Part shown: piece after piece, positions 1-12,420 of the stretch
How the letters are laid out: each line of letters begins with the position of its first letter
How positions within the stretch are numbered: the first letter of the stretch is position 1
Source of the DNA: Acidobacteriota bacterium
Lineage (GTDB): Bacteria; Acidobacteriota; Blastocatellia; RBC074
Length of the DNA stretch: 64,000 nucleotides
Direction: 5' to 3'
Assembly: GCA_019639255.1 (NCBI GenBank)
Contig: JAHBSF010000006.1
Span: forward strand, 26,261-90,260
Program-made: the position numbers and the translations under genes
Notes under the pieces: generated by a model
What the model saw: only the letters and a program-made list of their open reading frames with translations
Told to the model about the DNA's origin: nothing
Databases searched by the model: none

Positions 1-548
1 GACCACAATTCGCGCTGTACGGGATCGGCAAGATGGCTGGCCATGGTAGGCACGCCGGTAATCTCGTGACCTCGGTCAGTGAAATGAACTCCCAGGCCTG
101 AGGTAGTAGGCTTGCCCCAACAGCAGCCTGCGCTGAAGCATCCCAATCTGCCGATCGCCTGCCCAATGGCAATCCCCGGAGCGAATACATCAGCAGTTCG
201 CCACCACGGCAATCCGTACCGCCGCATCACGATTACAGATGCAATTACCGCAGCGAGAAAGCCTCCGTAAAAAACGCCGCCAGAGCGGAAGAAGTCCAGT
301 GTGAAGATCTGTCTCGGATTGGCCTGGTAATAATTCCATTCCGTAAGAATCATCAGCAGCTTGGAACCAAGCAGCGATGCTGCAAGTATCCAGAGCCCCA
401 GATCGTAAACGCGGTTCCGGTCGAGTCCGTCATTCTCCGCCAAGCGCGCCATCAAATAGAGTCCGGCGATGAATGACAGGGCAAGAAGCAGCCCGTAAGT
501 GTTGAGCGTAAAATCAAGAAACGGGATTCTAAAGAGTTCGGGAAACAT
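1..548 (-). CDS. lgt: prolipoprotein diacylglyceryl transferase; N-terminal ~182 aa present, C-terminus runs off the window edge
   Basis: Manual translation of the minus strand from ATG (rc of 546-548): MFPELFRIPFLDFTLNTYGLLLALSF...FFRSGGVFYGGF...GRLGCFSAGCCWG. Matches Lgt motifs (Y-G-L, GG-F-GG, G-R-L-G-x-F). Not in the ORF track because it is truncated by the window edge. Confidence 0.75.
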   Translation of the reverse strand, partial: MFPELFRIPFLDFTLNTYGLLLALSFIAGLYLMARLAENDGLDRNRVYDLGLWILAASLLGSKLLMILTEWNYYQANPRQIFTLDFFRSGGVFYGGFLAAVIASVIVMRRYGLPWWRTADVFAPGIAIGQAIGRLGCFSAGCCWGKPTTSGLGVHFTDRGHEITGVPTMASHLADPVQRELW

Positions 549-576
549 CGTGTTGAATTGCTTTCCGGGGCTTGAT

Positions 577-1125
577 TCAGTCCGAGCCGATGCCGGTTTC
601 TCCAGAAGCGGCGCTTGATACTCTATGGTCGGAAGTCTCAGATCCACCCTCTCGCACTATTTCCAGCGCAAGCAGCCCGGCGCCTATGCATATCGCGGCA
701 TCCGCGATGTTGAACGTCGGCCAGGTGAACTGTTCGGCCCAGTGGAAATCCAGAAAATCGACGACCTCGCCCAATCGCACGCGATCCGCAAGGTTGCCGA
801 GTATCCCTGCAAGTAGCAGCGCCAGCGAGACGTTCAGACTTATGCTCTGCGCCGGTGTACGCACCAGATACACCGCCACCATTATCGCCGCCGCCGTCGA
901 TACCCCTGCCAGTATCCACCGTATATCGAAAGGTGTATCGGCAAGCAGACTGAATGCCACGCCGCGATTCAGTGCATAGCTGAAACGCAGCAGGTTGGGG
1001 ATAACCTCGATCGATCCGACGGGCTTGAGCGAGGCGGTCGCCCACAGCTTGGTCAGTTGATCGGCAGCCAGCACTATGGCGGATATGACCAGATACCAGT
1101 GTTTGCCTTTCATAACGTCATACAA
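577..1125 (-). CDS. lspA: lipoprotein signal peptidase II
   Basis: 182-aa ORF with 4 hydrophobic segments and the FNIAD(A) / N-RGVAFSLL motifs of LspA. Track start is TTG; ATG alternatives lie at 1121 (MDVMKGK) and 1113 (MKGK). ileS-lspA-lgt synteny. Confidence 0.9.
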   Translation of the reverse strand: MYDVMKGKHWYLVISAIVLAADQLTKLWATASLKPVGSIEVIPNLLRFSYALNRGVAFSLLADTPFDIRWILAGVSTAAAIMVAVYLVRTPAQSISLNVSLALLLAGILGNLADRVRLGEVVDFLDFHWAEQFTWPTFNIADAAICIGAGLLALEIVREGGSETSDHRVSSAASGETGIGSD

Positions 1126-1235
1126 GAGAGATGACGAAACAAACGAAAATAGACGAAACAGACGGAAACATTCACCTTATCCGTTCTTTTCGTTTCATTT
1201 CGTTTGTTCCGTTATCTCTCATACGTCTCACGCTT

Positions 1236-1262
<27 letters not shown>
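1126..1262. repeat. family-A palindromic MITE-like element, copy A1 (core plus right tail)
   Basis: GAGAGATGACGAAACAAACGAAAATAGACGAAACAGACGGAAACA...TCCGTTCTTTTCGTTTCATTTCGTTTGTTCCGTTATCTCTC followed by the tail ...TCTCCAGTGGATCGGTTAAG. The tail overlaps the 3' end of ileS. Confidence 0.85.
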
Positions 1263-4043
<2,781 letters not shown>

Positions 4044-4204
4044 TTTTCTGGCGATCCTTGCGGAGTTTGAATCAAAAAGACATCAATGATAACGAAAAAT
4101 ATGCGAATCCCCAATAGCTTCGGCTATCTCCGGTTTGAGAAGAGAACAAACCGCGCAATATACAGAACACACGGAAGTCGCAACAGAAGGACGTTGCGCC
4201 AATG

Positions 4205-4243
4205 AAAAAGCACCCGCTCCACGCTGTTCCGGGAGTCGGGTGC
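4205..4243 (-). terminator. Rho-independent terminator candidate downstream of the DUF948 gene and upstream of ileS
   Basis: On the minus strand: GCACCCGACTCC...GGAGCGGGTGC stem (about 11 bp, one bulge) followed by TTTTT. It lies about 45 nt past the stop at 4289. Confidence 0.45.
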
Positions 4244-4288
4244 TCGTTATGGGCGCGAATTCTCAATCCGGCTGCTCCCGATGGAGCG

Positions 4289-4840
4289 TCAAATAAACAT
4301 CTCCTCGTCCTGATAAGCTCGATTGACCGGCAACCGATTGCCCGCCATCAGCACCTCGACCGCCCGGCGCACACCGTACATCAGATACGAAAATTCGCGC
4401 GCGGGCTGCAGCACGCTCGCCTGAACCATTGCCGTTGTGCGCTCGAACTGGTCGGTTGCATCGGAGAGCGTGCGCTGCACTTTGTCGACGTGTTGGCGCG
4501 TACGCTCAATTTCGCGGCGCGCAAGCGCCGTAGTATCGCCCATCAGATCCTGTATATCCGCCGCCTGATCTTTGGCCATCTCGGCTATCGCCGATATGTG
4601 CTGCGCGCCCTGTGAGAAATAATCGGACGCTTCCTTGAGTTCGCCCATCAGGGTGTGCGCCATCTTTACGACGGGTTCGGTATTACTGATCAGATACTCT
4701 GCCCGAGTCTGCAATTGCCCTACCTGCTCGGCAAGCTGCATGGCTCGCCGAGCAAGTATGTAAAACCCCACGAATACCGCCGCCTGCACGATGAGCAGAA
4801 TTGTGATGACGACGAGGAGATAGATCAGATAGGCTTCCAC
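4289..4840 (-). CDS. DUF948-family membrane-anchored protein
   Basis: N-terminal TM helix (LIYLLVVITILLIVQAAVFVGFYIL) then a coiled-coil-like region. Typical DUF948/YtxH gene pair arrangement. Confidence 0.55.
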   Translation of the reverse strand: MEAYLIYLLVVITILLIVQAAVFVGFYILARRAMQLAEQVGQLQTRAEYLISNTEPVVKMAHTLMGELKEASDYFSQGAQHISAIAEMAKDQAADIQDLMGDTTALARREIERTRQHVDKVQRTLSDATDQFERTTAMVQASVLQPAREFSYLMYGVRRAVEVLMAGNRLPVNRAYQDEEMFI

Positions 4841-4870
4841 AACACGTCCTCACGATGCTCGATCAGCAGT

Positions 4871-5290
4871 TCAACTCTCCTCAACCGCAGCACTGGCCTT
4901 GTCGGCCTGTTTGGCTTCGCGGTATCCCTGTTTGCCGGCCTCGATTGCAGCCGATACCTGCGCGCGCTGACGTTCGATGGCCTCCTTGCTGCGCGAGGTC
5001 AAATCCTCGACCGCTTCCTTGCCGCGCGTCGCCAGCTCGTTTACGGTTTCCTTGCTCCGGGCCGCGATTTCAGACGCGCGATCCACGCCCGTGTGGTAGT
5101 ACTCGTTAGCCCGCGTCCCAACTTCACGCCCGGTTTCACGCGCCTGGTCGATCCCGCGTCGCGTCGCGTCGGCGATTTCGGCTCGCAGTTCGCTCCCTGC
5201 CTTCGGTGCAAACAGCAGCGCCGTGACCGCGCCTATGCCGGCGCCGATCAGAAAGTAGACCAGCTTGTCCCCTCCGCCATTATCCGCCAT
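4871..5290 (-). CDS. YtxH-domain protein
   Basis: N-terminal GxxxG TM segment followed by LLFAPKAGSELR (YtxH signature LLAPKSGKELR) and an Ala/Glu-rich helical region. Confidence 0.6.
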   Translation of the reverse strand: MADNGGGDKLVYFLIGAGIGAVTALLFAPKAGSELRAEIADATRRGIDQARETGREVGTRANEYYHTGVDRASEIAARSKETVNELATRGKEAVEDLTSRSKEAIERQRAQVSAAIEAGKQGYREAKQADKASAAVEES

Positions 5291-5480
5291 GGCTTACCCT
5301 CCTTGAAAATTCAGTCTTGATGATTCAGTCGTCATACTGACAAATTACTGAATACTGACCAATTACTGCCCAAAGTATCCTCGAATTCAACGCTTACAAA
5401 CTCTGACCGGACTATAACATCGGAGTTCGCAAACATCAAGGATCGCGTCCGGAGGCTATATATCATGCCCCTGTATTCCG

Positions 5481-5570
5481 GGTCTAAAGCGATCTACAGG
5501 TGATTGGTACAAAGCGTGAGACAGCAAGAGAAATAACGAAACAAACGAAATGGAACGAAAATTACGGAAG
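5481..5570. repeat. family-A element, half copy A2 (left tail plus left arm only)
   Basis: ...GTGATTGGTACAAAGCGTGAGACAGCAAGAGAAATAACGAAACAAACGAAATGGAACGAAAATTACGGAAG. The right arm is missing or decayed. Confidence 0.75.
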
Positions 5571-5598
5571 ATCGGCATTTCTGCGCCGCCCCCCCGAA

Positions 5599-5628
5599 TT
5601 GACACCCTTCAGTACGCGACGTTACAAT
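5599..5628 (+). promoter_or_regulatory. near-consensus sigma70-type promoter for tatA
   Basis: TTGACA at 5599-5604, 18-nt spacer, TACAAT at 5623-5628. Followed by SD AAGGAG at 5637-5642 and the ATG at 5649. Confidence 0.5.
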
Positions 5629-5648
5629 GCGCAGCGAAGGAGAAAGTC

Positions 5649-5831
5649 ATGTCACACGCAATACTACTGATGATGGGCTTCGGCATGCAGGAGATGCTGA
5701 TTCTGCTGCTCATAGTCCTGGTGCTTTTCGGAGGCAGCCGCCTGCCGCAACTTGCTAAAGGCCTCGGTGAGAGCGTGCGGAATTTCAAGAAGGGAATCGC
5801 CGAAGGATCGGAAGAGCCCAAAGACAAGTAA
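5649..5831 (+). CDS. tatA: twin-arginine translocase subunit TatA
   Basis: MSHAILLMMGFGMQEMLILLLIVLVLFGGSRLPQLAKGLGESVRNFKKG matches the TatA/E TM plus amphipathic helix signature (G-F-G, LP-LA-G-G-S-R-F-K). Internal start of track ORF 5550..5831, preceded by an SD. Confidence 0.85.
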   Translation: MSHAILLMMGFGMQEMLILLLIVLVLFGGSRLPQLAKGLGESVRNFKKGIAEGSEEPKDK

Positions 5832-5900
5832 TCCCACTTTCATACTTTTGCAGTCGCCGTAGACCGCGGCATCCCGCCAGCGAATCCATGGCACGAATCC

Positions 5901-7265
5901 ATGGCACGCAAAAGATCGAATGCTTCCCGCAGGTTGCGCAATTCTCCCGGATCCGAGCGGTCCTACTACGAGTTTCTCGCCTCGACCCCGACGCTGCCCA
6001 TCAGCCGCACCGAACTTGTGCGCCTGATTCGCGGCGGCGAGGACACTTATCTCGAACTCAAGGTTCGCTTCAGCAATGTAGAAAAGCTGACCGCGGAAAT
6101 AATAGCCCTCGCAAACACCGGCGGCGGCGCAATAGTCTTCGGCGTTAACGATCAGTTGCGCATCGAGGGCGTCGACGATCCCGAAAGCGTCGAGTCGCAA
6201 CTGCGGGAAATCTGCTTCAGCCTCATCCAGCCGCCCGTATTTCCGTACATAAACTGCGTGGCGTTCGATAACGGCCGCCGCATAGTCGTGCTCGAAGTAT
6301 TCAACGAAGACCGTCCGCACCGCACGCTCGACGACCGATTTTATTTGCGCGAAGGGTCGTCCAAACGCGAGGCCACACGCGAGGAACTCTCACGCCTTTA
6401 CCAGGAAGCGTTTACGGGGCGCTTCGAACAACTCCCCGTGTTTCGCTCCTGGATCGAGCGCGATATTGATGAAGCTACCTTCTGGAGCTACATCCGCGGC
6501 GTCAGCCCCGGTGCGTGGGGCGAGGGTGCGCGCGGTTTTCCTACAGAACTCGTGCTCGGCGAAATGGGGCTGGCCGTGAAAATCGGCGACGAAGTGATTC
6601 CAACCATCGCGGGATTGCTGCTGTTTGGTTCAAACGAACGCGTGGCGGAGATACTGCCTCGCGCCGACTTTCTGCTGACGCGCTACAGCGGCCAGGACGC
6701 TTCTTCTCCCGTAATCGAGCAACTTCACCTTCAGGGCAACCTGCTGCGCCTGTTTGACGGAGCCCTGAGTTTCATAAAACGCTACGTAGATCTGTGGGAC
6801 GCGCGACCTTCGCGCAAATCCCTCGAAGAAAAGACACTGCAAAATTCCGGAACCGCTTCCGGTCTGAATCCGATCAACGCCCCGAATCAAACGGCCGAGT
6901 ACGCAGCAGTGCGGGGAAACTACCCTCGCGCAGCGATCATCGAAGCGCTCGTCAACTCGATCATTCATCGCGATTGGGGACCGCGCGATTGCAGGGCGCG
7001 TATCAACATCTACGACGATGCGGTCGAGTTCACGAATCCCGCCGGATCTCCGGAACTGCCCGCAGCATCGCTTCGCTACGGTATTGCTGTTCCGCCCAAT
7101 CCTCGGCTGAAATCCGTATTCACGAACCGGCATTACGGCGCGCACGCAGGTACGGGAGGCATCCCGGCGCTGCTTGCCGAGGCCTCGGCTTTCTCGCGTC
7201 GCAGTCCCGAAGGGCCAACGCTTGCAAACAATGAGTTTCGTTTGAAACTCTTCGGATGGCGATGA
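5901..7265 (+). CDS. putative transcriptional regulator with AlbA_2 (Schlafen-like DNA-binding) N-terminal domain and RecG-C-terminal-like HATPase_c_4 domain
   Basis: N-terminal YLELKVRFSN...ALANTGGGAIVFGVND (AlbA_2). C-terminal ALVNSIIHRDWGPRD (HATPase_c_4 / 'divergent AAA' family). Its 3' end overlaps the comEA start by 10 nt. Confidence 0.6.
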   Translation: MARKRSNASRRLRNSPGSERSYYEFLASTPTLPISRTELVRLIRGGEDTYLELKVRFSNVEKLTAEIIALANTGGGAIVFGVNDQLRIEGVDDPESVESQLREICFSLIQPPVFPYINCVAFDNGRRIVVLEVFNEDRPHRTLDDRFYLREGSSKREATREELSRLYQEAFTGRFEQLPVFRSWIERDIDEATFWSYIRGVSPGAWGEGARGFPTELVLGEMGLAVKIGDEVIPTIAGLLLFGSNERVAEILPRADFLLTRYSGQDASSPVIEQLHLQGNLLRLFDGALSFIKRYVDLWDARPSRKSLEEKTLQNSGTASGLNPINAPNQTAEYAAVRGNYPRAAIIEALVNSIIHRDWGPRDCRARINIYDDAVEFTNPAGSPELPAASLRYGIAVPPNPRLKSVFTNRHYGAHAGTGGIPALLAEASAFSRRSPEGPTLANNEFRLKLFGWR

Positions 7266-7573
7266 TCTTACATTGCTGTATCAACCTGTGCGCGGTGCTG
7301 TTTGCTTCACCGAATTTTATTCAGGCCGGATACATTACTTCTCCGATAGCTGCTCCCGGGTTGCAGGACCGAGCAACGGATCGGCTGGATATAAACACAG
7401 CGACGCTTGAAGAGTTGGTGCAACTGCCTGGAATCGGTCCGGTGCTCGCCTCGCGCATCATCGAACATCGCCGCAAACACGGTCGATTCCGCCGCCCTCA
7501 GGACATAATCATCGTCCGCGGTATGAGCGCAGGCAGGTTCCGCCCCATCGCCCATCTCATTCGCACTTCGTGA
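7256..7573 (+). CDS. comEA: competence protein ComEA (helix-hairpin-helix DNA receptor)
   Basis: N-terminal TM helix then INTATLEELVQLPGIGPVLASRIIEHRRKHGRF, a canonical ComEA HhH motif. Confidence 0.8.
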   Translation: MAMILHCCINLCAVLFASPNFIQAGYITSPIAAPGLQDRATDRLDINTATLEELVQLPGIGPVLASRIIEHRRKHGRFRRPQDIIIVRGMSAGRFRPIAHLIRTS

Positions 7574-10307
7574 AGGTATTTACCTGAAGGTCATCTCCGT
7601 TGGTCGAAATCGTTATTGCGCCGCAAGCGCCCGTAGTGAGTACACGAGCGCCCGTACCCCTGATTCTCGACATCACATCCGTGTGCGGATGACCGAAAGG
7701 ACTGGGCGAGCCTGCCGAAACAACAGCGACCACGGGCTCGACGAGCGCGAGAAAATCGGGCGTCGATGAAGTGCGCGAACCGTGATGTGCAACTTTCAAT
7801 ACATCGGCGCTCAAATCCTCTCCCAAAGCTGCAAGCAGTCGCTCGCCGTGTTTCTCCAGGTCGCCCGTCAACAGAAAGCTGCGGTGACCAAATCGCAGTC
7901 GCAAAACCAGCGATCGCTCGTTGGGCGAGTTCTGCATCGGGGTTTTTCCAGGCTCCCGGTCGGCAACAGGAGCGAGTACTTCTATCGAAACCCCTTCGAT
8001 TTCAATCCGGTCTCCGCGACTCCAGCGCTCGTGCCGCACTGCTCTTCGTTCTACAACGGTATCGAACGGCGAAACCGGTTCTACCGTTGCGGATACGAGA
8101 GTTCCCAACCGAAACAGCCTTGCAAGTTCTGAAAAGCCTTCCACGTGGTCGGCGTGATTATGGCTCGCAACCGCCCAGTCTATTCGTTTTACTCCGTAAT
8201 GCCACAGAAAAGGAGCAACGGCGAGTTGTCCCGTTCCCGCGCGATCCTCTGCAAATTGAAACCCGGTTTCGTCCGCTTCTTTTATCGGAGCGCCAAACCC
8301 TGGACGGCCTCCGCTATCGACCAGCATCACGCTTCCCATTGGAAACGCAATGGCTATAGCGTCTCCCTGTCCCACATCCAGAAAAGACAGGCTCAACCTC
8401 CCGCGTTCAAACCGCGGCGAAACCGGCAAAACGAGCATAAGCCCCGAAATCAGCATCAGCGAAAGCCATGCGCCCCAGGCCTTTCGCCGCAATCCCGCGT
8501 CGTGTTTCAGATCCAGCGGATTCCACAGATCGAGCGTTGCTGCGAGCCCGATTGCCGACAATGCAAATAGAGGATAAAGAATCATCTCTGATGCAGCGTG
8601 ATCGGGCGCAAAGAGGTTTGCGTGCGAGGGCGTCGCAATCGTTTCCGCTGCGTCGAGGGCGAGTCTTCCCGTAGTGTCCAGAAGCGAAATGAGAACCGGT
8701 TCGGCTGCTGGCGCCTGAAAGTGAGCCAGCAGAAACAGTGCGCCGAGAATCATTGCGCAGATTACCAGCGCGCCTTCGGCGAGGTTGGCCGCAGGAGCGG
8801 CAAGGCTGACCCGGTGAAACAGGCGGATCGTCAACGGCAAAAGTACTATCTGCACGGTGATGGTCGTCAACATTGTAGCGGCTGCCCACCTGAGCGGGCG
8901 CTGTATACAGAGCTTTTCGGCCCACAATGCCGCCGGAGATTTCTTCAGTCGATACCTGATTGAGGATCTGCGCATCTGCTCTCTGAATCCTCTTTCGCTC
9001 CAGAACAACAGTTCGGCAATGGATCTGATCCAGGGACTAATGCGCGGAGGAAACGGAGTTCTTTCGTTCGGTTGCCATTCACCTGCGGCTTTGAAGCGCT
9101 GGAATACGGGACCGCTCACAAGCACGATCGCACCGACCGTAAGAAAGGAAAGCTGAAATGCGGGATTCAAAAGTTCGCGCGGATTGAGCGAGAGTATTAA
9201 AAGTGCTGCTGCCGCAAGTGCATTCGGTCCCTCAGATTCCCGCCAGAGCGCTCGTGCCAGGATCGCAAACGACAACATCCACGCTGCTCGCGTAACGGCA
9301 GGTTGCATTCCCACCATCACTGCATAGGCCCATACAATCGTCGTCAGAATAACGAACCTGAGCGTTCGTGAATGTGTAAGTCTTCGGATGATTGCGGCCA
9401 GCAGCACCGCTATGAGTGAAACGTGCAATCCCGAAATTACAAGCAGGTGAAATGTGCCGCCTGCGCGGAAACCCTCGCCCAATCTCCGATCGATGAAATG
9501 CCTGTTACCGAACAAAGCGGCAACGAGCAACCCTGAAGAAGGTTGCGGTATCCGCCGCAAGATAGCCGAAACCGATGAGGCGCGGATTCGGCCCAGTTGC
9601 CCGAATATTGAACTCGATCTCTTTGATAAGGTCTTTTCGATCAGAAGCGGGCTTTTTATATGCCCCACAGCATCCAGGTTACGCTCTTCCAGCCAGAGAT
9701 CGAAAGAGCGCACACCGGGATTTCGATACCCATGCGACCGGCGCAGGTAACAGTATGCCCATACGCCTTCGCCATAGTCGAGGGCCAGTCGATCATATTC
9801 ACGGCGTTCATCATCATCGGCGAATGCTACGGTGAGGCGTACCCGGCCCGAAGCTGCAAATACTCGTCCGAGTGTAGCGACCCTATCAACGCTTAAAGTC
9901 AGAAGGATTCTTTCCGGCGCCGGTTCCGGCATCTCCAACAGGCGTCCCCACAGTTCTACGGGTTCATCGGAATCAAGTTCTCCCGACTCGATCAGAGTCT
10001 TGATACTGTCGGCTTCGGCATCAATCTGCTCACAACGTGCAAGCGCTCCTCCGGCGAAAAGAAATGCGGCAAAGAGAAATGCCGATGCAGACTTTGACCT
10101 TTGCAGCAGCACTGCTCCCGCAATTGCCCAGCCGGCAAGCGCGCCTGTGATCCAGATAAATAGCGGCGCCCGCAACAGCGTGCAGGCGAGAATGCCGGTT
10201 GCGAATGAAATAGTAAGATAAAACAGAGGCTGCTTTTGCAGCGCAAGTCGTGAGAACGTCAATCGGCGAGGCATGACTCGAACTCCGGTTTGGGTTCGAG
10301 GTGGCAA
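7557..10307 (-). CDS. comEC: DNA internalization-related competence protein ComEC/Rec2
   Basis: 916 aa with a polytopic membrane region, the competence domain, and a C-terminal metallo-beta-lactamase domain (HNHADHVEG ... LKVAHHGSRTSS). Confidence 0.9.
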   Translation of the reverse strand: MPPRTQTGVRVMPRRLTFSRLALQKQPLFYLTISFATGILACTLLRAPLFIWITGALAGWAIAGAVLLQRSKSASAFLFAAFLFAGGALARCEQIDAEADSIKTLIESGELDSDEPVELWGRLLEMPEPAPERILLTLSVDRVATLGRVFAASGRVRLTVAFADDDERREYDRLALDYGEGVWAYCYLRRSHGYRNPGVRSFDLWLEERNLDAVGHIKSPLLIEKTLSKRSSSIFGQLGRIRASSVSAILRRIPQPSSGLLVAALFGNRHFIDRRLGEGFRAGGTFHLLVISGLHVSLIAVLLAAIIRRLTHSRTLRFVILTTIVWAYAVMVGMQPAVTRAAWMLSFAILARALWRESEGPNALAAAALLILSLNPRELLNPAFQLSFLTVGAIVLVSGPVFQRFKAAGEWQPNERTPFPPRISPWIRSIAELLFWSERGFREQMRRSSIRYRLKKSPAALWAEKLCIQRPLRWAAATMLTTITVQIVLLPLTIRLFHRVSLAAPAANLAEGALVICAMILGALFLLAHFQAPAAEPVLISLLDTTGRLALDAAETIATPSHANLFAPDHAASEMILYPLFALSAIGLAATLDLWNPLDLKHDAGLRRKAWGAWLSLMLISGLMLVLPVSPRFERGRLSLSFLDVGQGDAIAIAFPMGSVMLVDSGGRPGFGAPIKEADETGFQFAEDRAGTGQLAVAPFLWHYGVKRIDWAVASHNHADHVEGFSELARLFRLGTLVSATVEPVSPFDTVVERRAVRHERWSRGDRIEIEGVSIEVLAPVADREPGKTPMQNSPNERSLVLRLRFGHRSFLLTGDLEKHGERLLAALGEDLSADVLKVAHHGSRTSSTPDFLALVEPVVAVVSAGSPSPFGHPHTDVMSRIRGTGARVLTTGACGAITISTNGDDLQVNTFTKCE

Positions 10308-10378
10308 GTGTGGATGAGAAGGCTGAAGACTCTGAAAATACCGAACACCTTCTGCGTATTTCGACGGCTTCTGCGTCT

Positions 10379-11656
10379 TCAGCGTTCTGTTTTGCGCTTC
10401 TCGAAATGCGCCACCGTTTCCAGATGAAACGTCTGCGGGAACATATCGAGAACGGTTAGCGAGCGAAGGAAATACCCTCGATCGAGTAGAATTTTCAGAT
10501 CACGCGCAAGTGTTGCGGGATCGCAAGAAACATAGCCGATGGAATCGGGTGCGATTGCTGCAATGCGTTCGATCGTAACCGCACCGGCGCCGGCTCGCGG
10601 CGGATCGAGGAGTACAAAATCCGGCCGTCCGGTTTGCGGGGCGCGGTGCTTCAGCCAGGCTTCGACCGATGTAGCTTCGTAGCGTACATTTGCGATCCCG
10701 TTTGCGCGCAGGTTTCGAACGCCATGACTTGCCGCGATGTGATTGCCTTCGACTGAATAAACCTGATCGAAGCGCCGGGCCAGTTGCAGCGTGAAGAGCC
10801 CCACGCCAGCGTAAAGATCGAGAGCAAGCCTGCCTCGCCGATCGGCAATTGCCGCATTTACAAGTTTTTCCACCAGCAGTCGATTGACCTGGAAAAAAGA
10901 CCGGACGCCGAATTCGTAATCTACGCCGGAGATACGCTGCCGCGCGGTTCCCAACGCATCGTATTGCGCCTGGCGCGCGCCGTCGCCCGTGCCCGGTGTG
11001 ACGAGTACGCCATCATCGCCCGCCGTAATATAAACCCGCGTTGCGTCTTTCGGAAGCAGCTCCTTTTCGTCGTGCAACCGTCCAAGCTCTCGGTTCGCTG
11101 CAGGAAGAAGAATCGGGCAGCTTTTTACCTCGCAGACATCGTGCGAGCCGATTCTGTAAAAACCGATTCTGGTATCGGAATCCCCGATGCGCGATATCTT
11201 TACCTCCGCGCGCGAACGATATTCAAACTCGGCTGCGGTAATGACTTCTATCTCTTCTTCATACTCGATCTTTGCAATGCGCCGCAGACTTTCGCGCAGG
11301 AACTCGCGTTTTGCCGCTATCTGCGCGGGGTAGTCGATGTGCTGCAACTGGCATCCGCCGCAATCGCCGAAATGCGGGCACGGAGGATTGCGGCGAAAAG
11401 GCGACGGAGCGATTATTTGCTCGATCTGTGCGCGTGCATAATTGCGTGCAAGATGCACTATTCGAACGCTCGCACGATCGCCCGGCGCGGCGAGCGGTAC
11501 AAATACGGCGTGCGTTCCAATCCGAGCCAATCCGTCTCCGCCGTATACAAGCTTCTCTATGGTCGCTTCGTAGACGCGTCCAACTTCTATGTCCCGGTTC
11601 TCTGTCGAACCGGAGGCATTGGATTCAGTATCTGCCGCTTCTTCACAAGTCGACAT
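10379..11656 (-). CDS. rlmD: 23S rRNA (uracil-5)-methyltransferase RlmD/RumA family (TRAM + [4Fe-4S] + SAM MTase)
   Basis: N-terminal TRAM-like region, Cys cluster CPHFGDCGGCQLQH plus a downstream Cys, and C-terminal class I SAM MTase (LDLYAGVGLF, VLLDPPRAG). Confidence 0.85.
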   Translation of the reverse strand: MSTCEEAADTESNASGSTENRDIEVGRVYEATIEKLVYGGDGLARIGTHAVFVPLAAPGDRASVRIVHLARNYARAQIEQIIAPSPFRRNPPCPHFGDCGGCQLQHIDYPAQIAAKREFLRESLRRIAKIEYEEEIEVITAAEFEYRSRAEVKISRIGDSDTRIGFYRIGSHDVCEVKSCPILLPAANRELGRLHDEKELLPKDATRVYITAGDDGVLVTPGTGDGARQAQYDALGTARQRISGVDYEFGVRSFFQVNRLLVEKLVNAAIADRRGRLALDLYAGVGLFTLQLARRFDQVYSVEGNHIAASHGVRNLRANGIANVRYEATSVEAWLKHRAPQTGRPDFVLLDPPRAGAGAVTIERIAAIAPDSIGYVSCDPATLARDLKILLDRGYFLRSLTVLDMFPQTFHLETVAHFEKRKTER

Positions 11657-11692
11657 CTTTTCCGCCTTGCCGGGGATTATAGGGTTTGGGCG

Positions 11693-12403
11693 TCACATGT
11701 AGAACAGGCTCATTCTGGGCGCGCGGAAGCGCTCGCGCAGGCGGCGTGCGACGAATTTCTCCACAGTAGTCTCGTACACGGCCGCATCCATGCCCTGTTT
11801 GTAACCCTTGAGCTGAAGTTCGGCTTCGCGCCTCAAACCGGAAAGTTCGTCCGCCGAAACGCTGCGGCGCATGCTTTCGAGCAGCCAGGTCTCGATTTCC
11901 ATCAATTCCTCTTCGAGCCGTTCCGGCATCGCTTCAGTGGTTTGGCGGATTACTGCGATCATCCCGGCGAGCCGCGTTGCAGCGCGTTCGAATGACTCGG
12001 CAAGCTGGGAATGATTTTCAGTACTGCGCGCAAGAGCATCGAGTTCACTGCGCCGCTCATCGAGATATGCAGTCAACGACGCAATATGCTCTGATTCCTG
12101 TTGCGCGGTTGTAGTGCGATCTCCGGAATCCTGTTTGCCCACGCGTGATTCAAGGTACCGCTCGAATTCCGCATCGACTTCCTGCCGGCAATAGAACAGG
12201 GAATTGACCTTGCGGCTGCGGCGGGGTTGGCTGTCGTAGCCGTCAAACGCCGCATGAATTCCGCGCAGCGCCACTTCGAGCGGGATGCCGCGTTCTCTCC
12301 AGCTTTCTATGAGCGACCAGTCGAGCGGCGAAATCAGGAAATGACTGCCGCGACGGCTGACAAACGCCTCCTCTATTTCCGTGAAGTAGTTGTAATAATT
12401 CAT
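11693..12403 (-). CDS. hypothetical protein with N-terminal DnaD/DnaB_2-like domain
   Basis: LISPLDWSLIESWRERGIPLEVALRGIHAAF resembles the DnaD C-terminal (PF04271) motif (lsP-d-e-i--W---g-p-e-i--al--A). The rest is a charged helical region. Low certainty. Confidence 0.35.
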   Translation of the reverse strand: MNYYNYFTEIEEAFVSRRGSHFLISPLDWSLIESWRERGIPLEVALRGIHAAFDGYDSQPRRSRKVNSLFYCRQEVDAEFERYLESRVGKQDSGDRTTTAQQESEHIASLTAYLDERRSELDALARSTENHSQLAESFERAATRLAGMIAVIRQTTEAMPERLEEELMEIETWLLESMRRSVSADELSGLRREAELQLKGYKQGMDAAVYETTVEKFVARRLRERFRAPRMSLFYM

Positions 12404-12420
12404 GCAAGACGGAGATCGCC

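Noticed and set aside
5664-6320. 218-aa minus-strand ORF overlapping tatA and the AlbA_2 gene.
   Set aside because: It overlaps two better-supported plus-strand genes and has no motifs.
10784-11995. 403-aa plus-strand ORF antisense to rlmD.
   Set aside because: Shadow ORF opposite a well-supported methyltransferase gene, with an Arg/Ala-rich translation.
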